Shown here piece after piece: positions 52,427-64,000 of a stretch of 64,000 bases of DNA. How positions within the stretch are numbered: the first letter of the stretch is position 1; each line of letters begins with the position of its first letter. A program made the translations under genes and the position numbers. The notes below the pieces were generated by a model. The model saw nothing but the letters and a program-made list of their open reading frames with translations, made no database searches and was not told where the DNA came from. Origin of the DNA: Octopus vulgaris (Eukaryota). The DNA is taken from positions 111,848,001 through 111,912,000 of the forward strand of contig OX597819.1 in the NCBI GenBank assembly GCA_951406725.2, in the 5' to 3' direction.

Positions 52427-54197
52427 ACCTCCTGGACAAAGTTACTAATGTTGCGCTTTTGAACCTGTTGAATGAAGTTTACACAGATGCAACAGAAGAT
52501 ATCGGGGTAATTACAGCACTTCTTTCATTTTGATATTGTATCCATTACTAGATCGCAGTGGTTCAGTTCATGTCTGAAAAGAAGAGAAAGGATCTAAAAG
52601 CAAAACTCATGCTAACTATTCAAAATTAGCTTGACAATCCAAACAAAATTTTCGCAGATAGTGGTGTAAAGTTAATTTTGGTATGATTCAGGTAAATAAA
52701 GACAGAAACTGATGACACAGAAATGTGATGTCATTGAAGAAATCTCAAGTCAGTTTTGGAATTAGCACTCCAAAATTAGTCTAAACCAGCTCTAAGAATT
52801 TATGCCAGAAAATAAAATATTTATTTTGTTGGCAGGTGTAATTGAATTTAATGATTCAAAGTCTCGAATGATCGCACATTAAACAAATTAAGATAAAAGA
52901 TAAAACCTGAATTAAATCATTCAAAGCAAATGATTGTACTTTAACCTAATTAAGGTTATACGTTACTGTAATCAAGTTACACCTTAACCTAATCGGGGTT
53001 ATACTTTAACCAGATCAGGTTATCTCTTGACCCAAAGAGATAAAATATGACATGCAGAGTATCTGTTGCTGTAAGCTACTATATTCAGTAAGCTATTATA
53101 TTCAGCAACAGTAGTCGTTAATATTTTCACTAACAGGGAATTTAGGAATTTAGCTCATGAATTCCCGGCTTTTTTTTTTTTTTTGTGGGCACCTTCAGAG
53201 GTCCGCAGAGCCTAGTTGAATAAACGCAGCATCATGTAAAAGGCACGAATAAAAATTTGACATTCGATGATGTAACGATGAAGCCATTGGCGATTATGGC
53301 TGTTGTTGTTATTATTGTTGTTGTAGTTGCTGCTTGCTTTATTGCCAGTTGTTGCCGTTCTTATTGTCACTGTTGTTAATCTTCCTGCTTCTATTTCTGA
53401 TGTTTAGCAGCAGACCCGTTCCCATTGATTACGCCTAAGATTTAAAAAGTTCCATCCGTGACAATCTCGCCGTTTTGTTTATCAAGGACTACTACATCAC
53501 AAGCATTTTATGAGCTGGAAAATACGACAAGAATTATTCCAAGGTCATGAATTTTCGTGCCAAGGCATTTATTTATCAGCCCGGTTACCAAAGACACGTA
53601 GGTTGTTCACATAATATATAAATAGAAGACTTTAAAAAGTTCCATAAAACGCCGTTTCTATCACGTAATTAAAGGCCATAGCTCGGGAAGAAACAGATGT
53701 TAATAAAATATACAATGAAAATGCATAATGTGCAAACAAGGCAGCACAGAAATATATGTTTGCTGGTAATGCAATAATGGCTCTATATTTATGCACATAT
53801 ACTTTATATGCACATGCTTAAATATATACTTAGGTATACAAGTACGTATGTACCTACGAGCTTAAATACGTAGCTCCTCTCAACCATGTATTTGAAAAGA
53901 ATTCGAAAGATTACTTTAGCCCAATTTTAGAAGGCTTGTCATATTAACAGTAGATGCTGGTTCGAGCCTCACAAGCAGCCTTTGATCTTTTATATGCAAA
54001 GGGCTCTTTTAACCTAATATTTAGACGCTATTTTTTTAAAGTTTTTAAATTCTTATGACGTCAACAATGTGTGTGTGTGTATATATACACGCGCGCTCTC
54101 CAAGATACTCTAAAATCTCTCCTAGTAAAGCATAACGGAGGCATTTTCACTCCATCAGTAAATGGTGATTATGTTGGTATTATATAAACTCGCTAAA

Positions 54198-54827
54198 GGC
54201 GGCGAGCTGGCAGAAACGTTAGCACACAGGGCGAAATACGTAGCCGTATTTCGTTTGCCGTTACATTCTGAGTTCAAATTCCGCCTAGGTCGACTTTGCC
54301 TTTCATCCTTTCGGGGTCGATAAATTAAGTACCAGTTATGCACTGGGGTCGATATAATCGACTTAATCTGTTTGTCTGTCCTTGTTTGTCCTCTCTGTGT
54401 TTAGCCCCTTGTGGGTAGTAAAGAAACAAATATTATTTATAGAACTGGTGGCAAGCTGGCAGAAAAGTTGGCACGCCGAGTGAAAAGCTTAGCGGTATTT
54501 CGTCTGCCGTTACGTTCTGAGTTCAAATTCCGCCGAGGTCGACTTTGCCTTTTATCCTTTCGGGGTCGATTAAATAAGTACCAGTTACGCACTGGAGTCG
54601 ATATAATCGACTTAATCCGTTTGTCTCCTTGTTTGTCCTCTCTTGTGGGTAGTAAAGAAATAGGTATTTCGTCTGCCGTTACGTTCTGAGTGCAAATTCC
54701 TCCGAGGTCGACTTTGCCTTTCATCCTATCGGGGTCGATAAATTAAGTACCAGTTGCGTACTGAGGTCGATGTAATCGACTACTCCCCTCCCACCAAATT
54801 TGAAGCCTTGTGCCTCCTGTAGAATGG
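54198..54827 (+). mobile_element. SINE family A composite (monomer + dimer) inside one TSD
   Basis: 16-bp TSD attatataaactcgct at 54179-54194 and 54828-54843. Confidence 0.9.
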
Positions 54828-55694
54828 ATTATATAAACTCGCTCGTTCTTTTCTCATGTACTTTCCGGTGACTTTATATTCAACCCCTCGTAGCCGCCTG
54901 CTATGTGCAGCAAGTATTCATGAGTGCTTGTGTCATTCATTGTCTTTAAAAAGTGAGTACACTATTTTCTTTTTAAATGTGTATTAAGATTCGTACTTTG
55001 AGGTAATCTATTTCACAGAAAGCCTCAGCCGTAGCAGTAATTAATTCATGATATGATGTAGGGCCCTTCAGTAAATAGCCCTTCGATAAGATCAGTGCTT
55101 TTCAATTTTTATTTATTTATTTATTTATTTTTTTACTGTCAATCTTTTTCTTCTACTGTGAACACTTTCAACACCCAGTTGCTTCGATTCAAAATCCCAC
55201 CCATTTTTAATGTGTATACACTTAATATCAAGTCAGAATAATTTTATTCAGAATGTTAATCTGACCCAGGTGACTACTTACAGCAACACTACCCTGCTAT
55301 GAGTAAACATTTTACATATCACTGTTTAGATTAGCTATTAACCCAACCATTAGTAGCTGGTTTTGACAGCACTTAAATACGTATACCGCTAGAGCTACCA
55401 GCTGAAATGATTCATAGTTGTACTTTCTGTATGTTCACACATACAAATGCTGATTAATGAGACTTTATGAAGGCTTGTTTATACATTGGGTAGATTATGA
55501 GATTAATTGATTACGTTCATAGCAAGAAACAACAACAGAAATGGAAACATCGCTATTTCAACCTTTTTGTATCTCATTAGCTTGATGTATTGGGCACTAC
55601 GTATAATCTCCCAATTAAGCTGTTTATACATACATAAATGCATTAATATATTCATGTATATGTATGTATGTATGTATGTATATATGTATGTATG

Positions 55695-55728
<34 letters not shown>

Positions 55729-57479
55729 TGTATGTATGTATGTATGTATGTATGTATGTATATATGTATGTATGTATGCATGTATGTATGTATGTATGTA
55801 TGTATGTATGTATGTATGTATGTATGTATGTATGTATGTATGTACGATCACTCGATTCCCATCGTAAAGATTTTATGGGATTGATATAGCGATTAATGAT
55901 CGAAGGGAATAACAAAAAGGCATACCAATAATATACGAGAAAAACATTTTTTCTAGCTTTGTTCTAAAACAATTCTTGGTAAGTGTTTTTTCCCTTTGGG
56001 ACTTACAATCTTATAATCGCTGAGTTAGCTGCATCTCATCAACTCCATTGCATTCAGAATTCCACATGTTCACTGATGGCTACGCATATTTATTCAGTCA
56101 GAATATTTCATCTGGTGGTGTAGAAATTTATTATATAACACAAAACAAAGAGTATGAATTCATTAGTTCTATATGATAATGTATTTCCTATACTGCTGTA
56201 GATTAACTGTGGTCTGATACAGCTCAGAGAACAAGTACGGAAATAACAACAGAAGAATTGTTATTTGAACGTAATTAGATAAAACCATTTAAGGGCAGTT
56301 AGAATTGCGTATGAAGTGTATCAGATTGTCCTTCAAATTTTCTTTTTTCTTAATGGCTTCGTTTGAAGAAAACGGGCAGCGTCCATGACCCATATCAAGG
56401 TCTCCGAAGCTGGTAGAACAGAGGAAGTTCACCTCAGACTACAAACCTGGCTATTAGTCTTTTAAAGGAAGGTAAGTTGTGACCAAGTGGTGGCCAAGTG
56501 GTGGCCAAGTAGTGGCCAGATGGTCGCTAAATTGTGGCATTAAATCGAATGACAAATTAAGTCAACCATCTGAGAACAGGAACGTCTCTCAAATGAAATT
56601 CCATTCAGTTTCCTTCTATCAAATTTCACTCACGAGGTCTTGGTCGAATCGAGACAATGATAGAAGGTGACATTTTTACCCTGCTGTAGGATCGAATTCA
56701 TTCACAAGTAGTTGCTATACGATATTCTTAATCACGCAGCTGTGTTGTTTATATATATGGCAAAAGCTTGAATAAATACTTTTGTTTTATTTGATTTGAA
56801 GAAAAATGTAGAGGAAGAATTGTTTACCGTACCAGAGAACTTATGCATTAATTCTCGTGATAAGAAGCTTTCTTCCCAACCACATGGTTTTGGGTTGGGC
56901 AAATGTTTTCTGCTACAGCCCTGAACCAGCCAAAGCTTTGTGAATGGGTTTTGGTAGCTGGAATCTGAAACAAACTTGATTTGTTTGACTATAACTCTTC
57001 AAGGCAGTGCACCAGTATAGCCACAATCCAATGACTGAAAAAGTAAAAGATAAATAATAAGTTATTCTAGCTTAATTCTAAAATACTTGGTATGTTAAAA
57101 CCATATCAGAGAAAGCATAGCTCCCACACATTAGGTCAATATTAGAAAACTTGTTTACATATAAAAACCTTGTTTACATTGCGATTATATGTTTTACATA
57201 TATTGCAAAAAGGACAGAGGTCGTCAACATCAAGTAATAGAGGATATTAAAAGAATGAGTGAAAATTAATTGTGATACTGAAAATTTGGTGTTAATTGTT
57301 AATTGGAGTTTCAGTGACATGTTTTTCTGAAATTTTAGACGCCAAAAGATGATACATGCTCTGTCTGATGTACGCAAATCAACAGTCATTTATAACGGTT
57401 TAGATTAATTTACACTCAATCACCCAGTATAGAATACAAATGAAATTCGGGCACGATAAAAACATAGATGAAGTCGTAA

Positions 57480-57872
57480 GGCGGCGAACTGGCGGAAACG
57501 TTAGCACGATGGACGAAAATGCTTAGCGGTATTTCGCCCGTCGGGACGTTCTGAGTTCAAATTCCACCGAGCTCGACTTTGCCTTTCATCCTTTCGGGAT
57601 CGATAAATTAAGTACCGGTTACGCACTGGGGTCGATATAATCGACCTGATCCGTTTGTCTGTCCTTCTTTGTCCTCTCTGTGTTTAGCCCCTTGGGGGTA
57701 GTAAAGAAATAGGTATTTCGCCCGTCGCTACGTTCTGAGTTCAAATTCCAGAGCTCGACTTGGTCTTTCATCCTTTCGAGGTCGATAAATTAAGTACCAG
57801 TTGCCTATTGGGGTCGATCTAATCGACTGGTCCCTCCACCAAAATTTCAGGTCTTGTGCCTATAGTATAAAA
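57480..57872 (+). mobile_element. SINE family A dimer
   Basis: 20-bp TSD aaaaacatagatgaagtcgt at 57458-57477 and 57873-57892. Confidence 0.92.
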
Positions 57873-58521
57873 AAAAACATAGATGAAGTCGTGTATATGA
57901 GATGCGAGGATGGGTGAAAAGTTCGTAGGCTGACTATGAAGAAGTGATGCTAGAACTGTGAAGTCTTGCATGCATTAATTTCAAATGTTCTTAATGACAG
58001 CATCGTTTCTGTCCAGGAAAACTGATATGCTACGGTTCAAAGAAAATTTCAACAGTAACTAGTAGCAACTTCTCTTAAAAATGCACAAAATGTTATCAAT
58101 TGCATGCAGGAAAGGGGTTAGGTCACCAACGACATTTATTCTGACATGGTTGCTACATTATGGAATGGGGCTCCGGCTTTATCAACAGTGCAAAAGTGGG
58201 CAGCTGAATTTAGGACGGGAAGGAAGAGTCTTAAAGATGATCCATGGTCTGAGCGTTCTGAAACTGCCACCACCGAGGAAAATATTGATTATGTTCATCA
58301 CATGGTGATGGATGACAAACAATTCACTATAAATCAAATAGCAGATACAGTTAGCATATCTCGTGAGAGTGTTGAGAATATTCCGTACAATGAACTTGAC
58401 ATGACGAAGGTTTCCGCTTGTCTTCTGACACCCGATCCGCGTCTTCTGACGCCTGAGGAAAAGCGCACCAGGCTGATTACTTCATGGCAAAACCTGAGAT
58501 TGTTTGAAGCAGATCAAGCTA

Positions 58522-60413
58522 CACTATGTTTCCGTTTATTATGATGGTCAATCATTCCTCAATAAAATCAAAACCTCTCGTCCGATCTTCTTGAAATGTT
58601 TACGGAATATGTAGGATTATATATCCCATGTCTCATGTACTTTTCGTCTAAATCAGTGTACATTTAAAGCGGAAATGAAGAAAAACACGTTTCTTTTTAT
58701 TATGCTAGTTAAAAAATATATAAACTACATGTAATGTGATTTATATATAGAACAATACATAACCAGACCATTAAATATACTTATATCTTCCATCATATGA
58801 TTATATTTACAAATAATTATGTATATATTTTACATCTTTATATAGCCTTCTTTTCCGTCAACTAATTTTGTCTCTTATCAACTGATTTTGTCAATTTCTC
58901 AACAATTTCACTTTTAATATTACTTGCAGCAGTTTTTAGTGCTTCCAATAGTAAATTCTTGTTTGGATATTGTTTATCATTAGAATATACATCTTTCTTA
59001 ATAACTGACCATAAATTCTCTGTTGTGTTTAGATCTGGAGATTGGGGGAACCATTCCATTATCTTATGTTCTTTGAAACTTTCCTTAGCTAAATGGTTAG
59101 TAGTGAGTTTGGCATAGTGTGGACGGGTATTATCATGCATAAAGATAGTCTTTAACTTAAAACATCGTGATGTTGACTTGTACCAATGGAGGCGCAAAAC
59201 ATGATTCCTCCACTACCTTGCTGTCTTCTTAGTCATGTTGGTTGACTTTTTCCATGTAACACTCAGCCTCTTGCCCATCCATCAGGTCCATCTAATGTTG
59301 CTCTGCATTCGTTAAAAAAAGTTACATTTGTAAAGTCTGCCTTCATATATCATTTTTGCCCACGTCACTCTTTCTTCTTTGCGTACTTTATTTAAAGGAA
59401 GCAATTTTGCAAAATTTATGACTTTGCCTATTTATTTTAGTATTATGCAACGTTTTTTCCTTTGTATGTTAGAGATTGCTGCTTCTTCAAAGATTTGTTT
59501 ACTGGTTACTCTTTTACTTGTTTCAGTCATTTGACTGCGGCCATGCTGGAGCACCGCCTTTAGTCGAGCATATCGACCCCAGGACTTATTCTTTGTAAGC
59601 CTAGTACTTATTCTAGGTCTCTTTTGCCGAACCGCTATGTTACGGGGACGTAAACACACCAGCATCGGTTTTCAAGCGATGTTGGGGTAGGGACAAACAC
59701 AGACACACAAACACACACACACATATATACATATACATATATACGACGGGCTTCTTTCAGTTTCCGTCTACCAAATCCACTCACAAGGCTTTGGTCGGTC
59801 CGAGGCTATAATAGAAGACACTTGCCCAAGATGCCACGCAGTGGGACTGAACCCTGAACCATGTGGTTGGGAAGCAAGCTACTTACCACGCAGCCACTCC
59901 TGCGCCTATTAACCCACTTTTCCCACTTTTCTTGCGCATAATTCTTTTGAGTTTTCTGTTATCTTTATTTGTGATGTCCCTGAAACCCATTTTCTTCCTT
60001 ATTCTTACTCTCTCAATGTTTTGTGACCTTTATTTAATGTTTTAGAAATTACAATTGTTGTATCCCCTTCTCTCATTAGTTTCCCTATTTATTTCTTTTC
60101 TTTTGACGTTATGTCTTTACTTCGACCCATTTTATATTTCTTGTATCTGAAATTAAAAAAGAACATTTCGAAATCACATATCACATGGGGGAAAGCAATG
60201 TCTTGGTAACTTGTATAATAAAAAGAAATACCTTATAAACGTATTTTTCTTCATTTCTGCTTTAAATATACACCGATTTAGACGAAAAGCACACGAGACA
60301 TGGAATATATAATTCTACATATTCCGTAAGAATTTTAAGAAAATCGGACAAGGGGTTTTGATTTTGATTTTATTGAGGAATGGTTGACCTGCATAATAAA
60401 AGGAAACATAGTG
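58522..60413 (-). mobile_element. DD37E (TRT-type) Tc1 transposon nested in mariner
   Basis: TA TSD (58520-58521, 60414-60415); ~170-bp TIRs starting CACTATGTTTCC; NECRATLDGPDGW; FMHD...37 aa...E (WFPQSPDLNTTENLW). Confidence 0.9.
59506..59907 (-). mobile_element. SINE family B, full length, nested in the DD37E element
   Basis: Head ggcgcaggagtggctgcgtggtaagtagcttgc...GGTTCAGTCCC; CORE-like tcttgggcaagtgtcttct; tail gaaacaagtaaaagagtaa. Confidence 0.92.
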
Positions 60414-60620
60414 TAGTTTCCTTGAACGTTTCCTAACCCAAATTGAGTGTTGGGATCATCACATTGAGCCAGAGACAAAGAGGTAATCCATGCAGCGGAA
60501 AGACTCCTCCTCACCTGTTCCAAAGAAGGCTAAAGTCATTTCATCTGCAGGGAAGGTGAGGGCCTCAGTTTTTTGGGATGCAAAAGGTATTATGTTTATT
60601 GACTATCTTCAAAACGGTTA

Positions 60621-60856
60621 TACCTATTTCTTTACTATCCACAAGGGGCTAAACAAAGCGGGGACAAACGAGGACAGACACACGGATTAAGTCGATTATA
60701 TCTACCCCAGTGCGTAACTGGTACTTATTTAATCGACCCCGAAAGGATGAAAGGCAAAGTCGACCTCGGCGGAATTTGAACTCTGAACGTAACGGTAGAC
60801 GAAATACGGCTACACATTTCGCCCGGCGTGCTAACGTTTCTGACAGCTCGCCGCCA
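60621..60856 (-). mobile_element. SINE family A monomer nested in mariner
   Basis: Interrupts mariner after FIDYLQNGYT. Confidence 0.9.
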
Positions 60857-61655
60857 TGAATAGAAAGTACTATACCAACTTGCTAATATAGTTACGAAAG
60901 GCTACCAAGGCCAAACTCCTTAGGAAATCTGATGAAAGGGGTCTTGTTTCATCGGGACAATGCTCCAGCAAACAGTTCTTGGTTTTCATGACTGTTGTGC
61001 GTGACTGTGTCTTTGAACTGGTTGACCACCGTCCCTATTCTCCTGATTTGACCCCATCAGGTTATCATCTGCTTCCCCACATTTTAAAAAAAAACCCACT
61101 TGTCTGGGAAACTGTATCGCAGTGATGATGATGGTGATGATGATGATGACATAGCTGCAGCTGAAGGATTTTTTTGACCAACAGGAAGAAAACTTCACCA
61201 ATGAGACCAAAGCGCTTCAACAGCAAAGGAAGGTGTGTAGACCGCAGGAGTGGGGACTATGTTGAAAAATACACCTCATTTGGTCACATTCCATGAAATT
61301 ATCATGGTCAACCTGTGTACTTTACAGCTGAACCTCGTATTTTTCAACAAATATCTAGTAGTAATAATTTATGAATTATCGAGTTGAAATATGCAAATGA
61401 ATCTGTCAAAAAAGAAAATATATGAGACTTAATGTTCAGAAGGTAACACGTGTTTGTGACACTTTTAAGAAAAGAAAAGTAAAAACCATGGCATTGCGAA
61501 CAAGAGAATATATGATATATCATCTGACTCTGGTAAATCACCATTGCTCCATGCTAAGAACATGTCTGACAGTTCAGAGCGATTGTCATTAGGCAACAAC
61601 GTCAAAGTGGTAAACAGCTGTAGGCAGACATTTTCTATTCCGCTCAGCGATACAC

Positions 61656-61714
<59 letters not shown>

Positions 61715-61899
61715 GGGGGGGGAGAGAGACAAAGACTAAATATATTCAGAAGATAAATGCATATAAGCATATAGATTTATACACAGATATGACACAAGTA
61801 AATAGACACCCTATAAAACATCGTTTTATTTATTCTAACTTGAAAACGTTTATATTTTATGTTAATTGACAATTTTATGTTTCAGGGTCTATATGACTG

Positions 61900-62617
61900 T
61901 TTAATCAAGCCACGTACAAAAATAAAAAAAGACCCTTGGAACTGTTCGAATTTCAAAGAGGCCGTATTGTGGGTCAATCTGAAGGTGGACTTAGCAGAAA
62001 ACCTTGAGATCCTGCCTTGTACAATTAATAGAGTGATTGCGCAATTCACCAGAGAGGGAAAGGAGTCCACATCACTTCACCCAAGTCGACAAGGACCCTC
62101 TGATAGGACCCTTTACTTTGTTAAGAGAAGTGTGACATAGAAGAACAAGTTGATGTGAGTCCCAGAACAGCTGTCAAGTATCCCCACAAACTTGGCAATT
62201 ATGGCAGAGCAACAAGAAGGAAGCCATACATACATACATACATACATACATACATACATACATACATACATACATACATACATACATACACAAAAACAAC
62301 CAATATCAAGCGGAGAGAAGATTGAGCCAGTGAGATGGTGGAGATGCCACTAGCATTTTGGGAATCTGTTATATTCTTTGATGTGTCCAATTTGGTATAT
62401 TTTCTGACAGTAGTTGAGTGGGGTCTGGAGACTCCGTGATCAAGAATTTGGTGTGAAAAGATTGCAGCCAACACTGAAACACGGCGGTTATTCTATGACG
62501 GTCTGGGAGCAGTTTGGAGACAAGTTTGGTCGTTCAGTGCTGGTGGAATGTGAGGTAAGTATAAACTCAGATAAATATGCCTCCATGTTGTGGAAAGGAC
62601 TCCTTCCACTCTTCTCC
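61900..62617 (+). mobile_element. Tc1 transposase remnant
   Basis: [50 protein letters not shown]; interrupted by (CATA)n. Confidence 0.8.
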
Positions 62618-63009
62618 GGGATTGAACCCGGAACCATGTGGGTGGTAAGCAAGCTACTTACCACACAACCACGCCTAATAAATAATTTGAATGCATAATT
62701 TCAGATTTAAATAAATTTTAACGCTTATGAGGGTTTCTATTTACTTCTGTCATGTCTGTGTGAGTGTTACTACCACACACACACGCGCGCGCGCTACCAT
62801 ACACACACATGGTATCACACACATACACATGCCATTACTACCACACGCACACACACACTCATGCCTCTACCATCACACGTACACACACTCACACTCGATT
62901 ACTGCCACACACACACACACTCTGTTACTGCCACAAACACACGCTACCACACACACACACACACACACACATACGCTATCGCGCGCGCCACACCCACCCA
63001 CACATACAC

Positions 63010-63315
63010 AAGATACCGACCATTCTTCGCACTCTTCTGTCCCAGAAAGCACTTTCTTTTTGTCCATCTACTTCCGGTCATTCCAAAGTGTAACTACACG
63101 TGGACTCTTGGTTATATTTTTCTTCTTTTTCCTTTTCTTTTGGACTTTCTTATGTCTCCTATTTCCGAAAAAGAGCTTTGCTCGAAACGTAAAACAACCA
63201 TTCTCTTTCCTCCTCTGAGTGTCTTATTAATACTTTGCATGTACCACGTCCTCGCGTCGTTTTTTGTTGTCGTTTTTGTCCGTTTTTTAAAACTAACTAT
63301 GAATTTACATATATA
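63010..63315 (+). mobile_element. Family H copy with decayed hammerhead (63160-63196)
   Basis: TATTT-CCGAAAA-A-GAGC-TTT-GCTC-GAAA-CGTA-AAACA; collinear with 26700-26955. Confidence 0.75.
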
Positions 63316-63342
63316 TATTTAAATTAAATAAGTATTATTACC

Positions 63343-63417
<75 letters not shown>

Positions 63418-63418
<1 letters not shown>

Positions 63419-63970
63419 GCCCTGATGCAGTACCAGGCAGTGGCTCTCATGGCTTCTGATCTTAACTGATTGGAAGTGTTATCATGTACATTGTTTTGTC
63501 TTGGTATAAAAGATGGGCTACAGCAAATATTCTGCTCAATACCACAGATTTGCTTGTCAGTTGTTTGACCTTAACCAGTTGAGCATGTCCCTTAGTGGCT
63601 GACGATATGTGCATCTCTGACCACGAGCAGAAGTAGTGGGGGAGCATCATAGCCATGTGTTGAGAGGGATTCTTTGGGGTTTGAATAGTTCACCTCTGGA
63701 AACATGGGTGGTTCTTTCAACATCCTTAAACAACCCTTATTCAGGGACCGTTTGAGCGGGATGGGCTACTCAACCTGAAGAAAATTCTAACTGGGCCCCA
63801 CCTGCAAGGTCATGTGCTGTTTATCTTGATATGAGATCACCATGTCGCGCACATATGGTTGTGATGCATGTGCCTGGTGTACCTTTATCAGACGGGTAGT
63901 CATGATGGGTATATTGGGCTTCGTAAATTTTACCCCAGTGTCACTTTGATGGCATGCACTGCTCTCTCAC
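63418..63970 (+). mobile_element. Family C element, full length, embedded in (AAT)n
   Basis: (AAT)n at 63345-63416 and 63971-63997; three further copies in the window; no TIR, no pol III box and no ORF seen. Confidence 0.9.
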
Positions 63971-64000
63971 ATAATAATAATAATAATAATAATAATAGGG

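Larger units (their letters stand above)
49970..52838 (-). mobile_element. Chapaev3 (CMC) DNA transposon, both ends present, transposase decayed
   Basis: TIRs CAC(T/C)...ttttctggca...ctaattttggagtgct; 3-bp TAA TSD (49967-49969, 52839-52841). Transposase motifs LGDQDKIW..HKVCKTC, MVWREP....NCYFC, EWRLFIDNSKSSLKCVLLHKGN, KAGIFDGPQIR, EQGERFHQDVKLMEERYQGRWDSNMMADYCW. Confidence 0.9.
57905..61337 (+). mobile_element. mariner transposon, full span, pseudogenised, with nested insertions
   Basis: TIR-like cgagg..ggtgaaaagttcgtaggctgac and its inverse; STVQKWAAEFRTGRKSLKDDP, PRLLTPEEK, PKKAKVISSAGKVRASVFWDAKG, LFHRDNAP, HRPYSPDLTPSGY. Confidence 0.92.

Noticed and set aside
56479-56522. 11-bp tandem repeat (gtggccaagtg x4), and ~21-bp repeats at 52938-53033
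   Set aside because: Short ordinary minisatellites with no supporting context.
58146-58544. Functional transposase or SETMAR-like gene
   Set aside because: Interrupted by a 1.9-kb Tc1 and a SINE, and carries frameshifts and stops.

Overview
Eukaryotic, AT-rich, very microsatellite-dense intronic/intergenic DNA, most likely from an octopus (coleoid cephalopod). The organism is inferred from the tRNA-derived SINE families and the (TA)/(CA)/(CATA)/(GATA)/(AAT) load. No intact protein-coding gene is visible, and nearly all ORF-track entries are microsatellite translations or antisense frames of transposons. The window is a nested mosaic of decayed mobile elements. DNA elements: pogo/Tigger, two DD37D/maT, a mariner containing a DD37E (TRT) Tc1, another Tc1, a full-length Chapaev3, hAT and TA-flanked MITEs, and two Helitrons. 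Retroelements: fragments of RTE, CR1, Tx1 and RLE (R4/Dong-like) LINEs, and at least five SINE families. The most interesting signals are: (i) a repeat family carrying minimal type-I hammerhead ribozymes with compensatory stem-I changes; (ii) a multimeric SINE whose internal tail matches the 3' end of a Tx1-like LINE in the same window and which moves as a TSD-bounded dimer or multimer; (iii) several retroelement families, each found in a different microsatellite type; (iv) ORF1-only (HAL1-like) zinc-knuckle retroposons; (v) several fold-back and templated inversions. A few unique segments on the minus strand could be exons of a degraded or unidentified gene. All family assignments come from motif recognition by eye, not from database searches.
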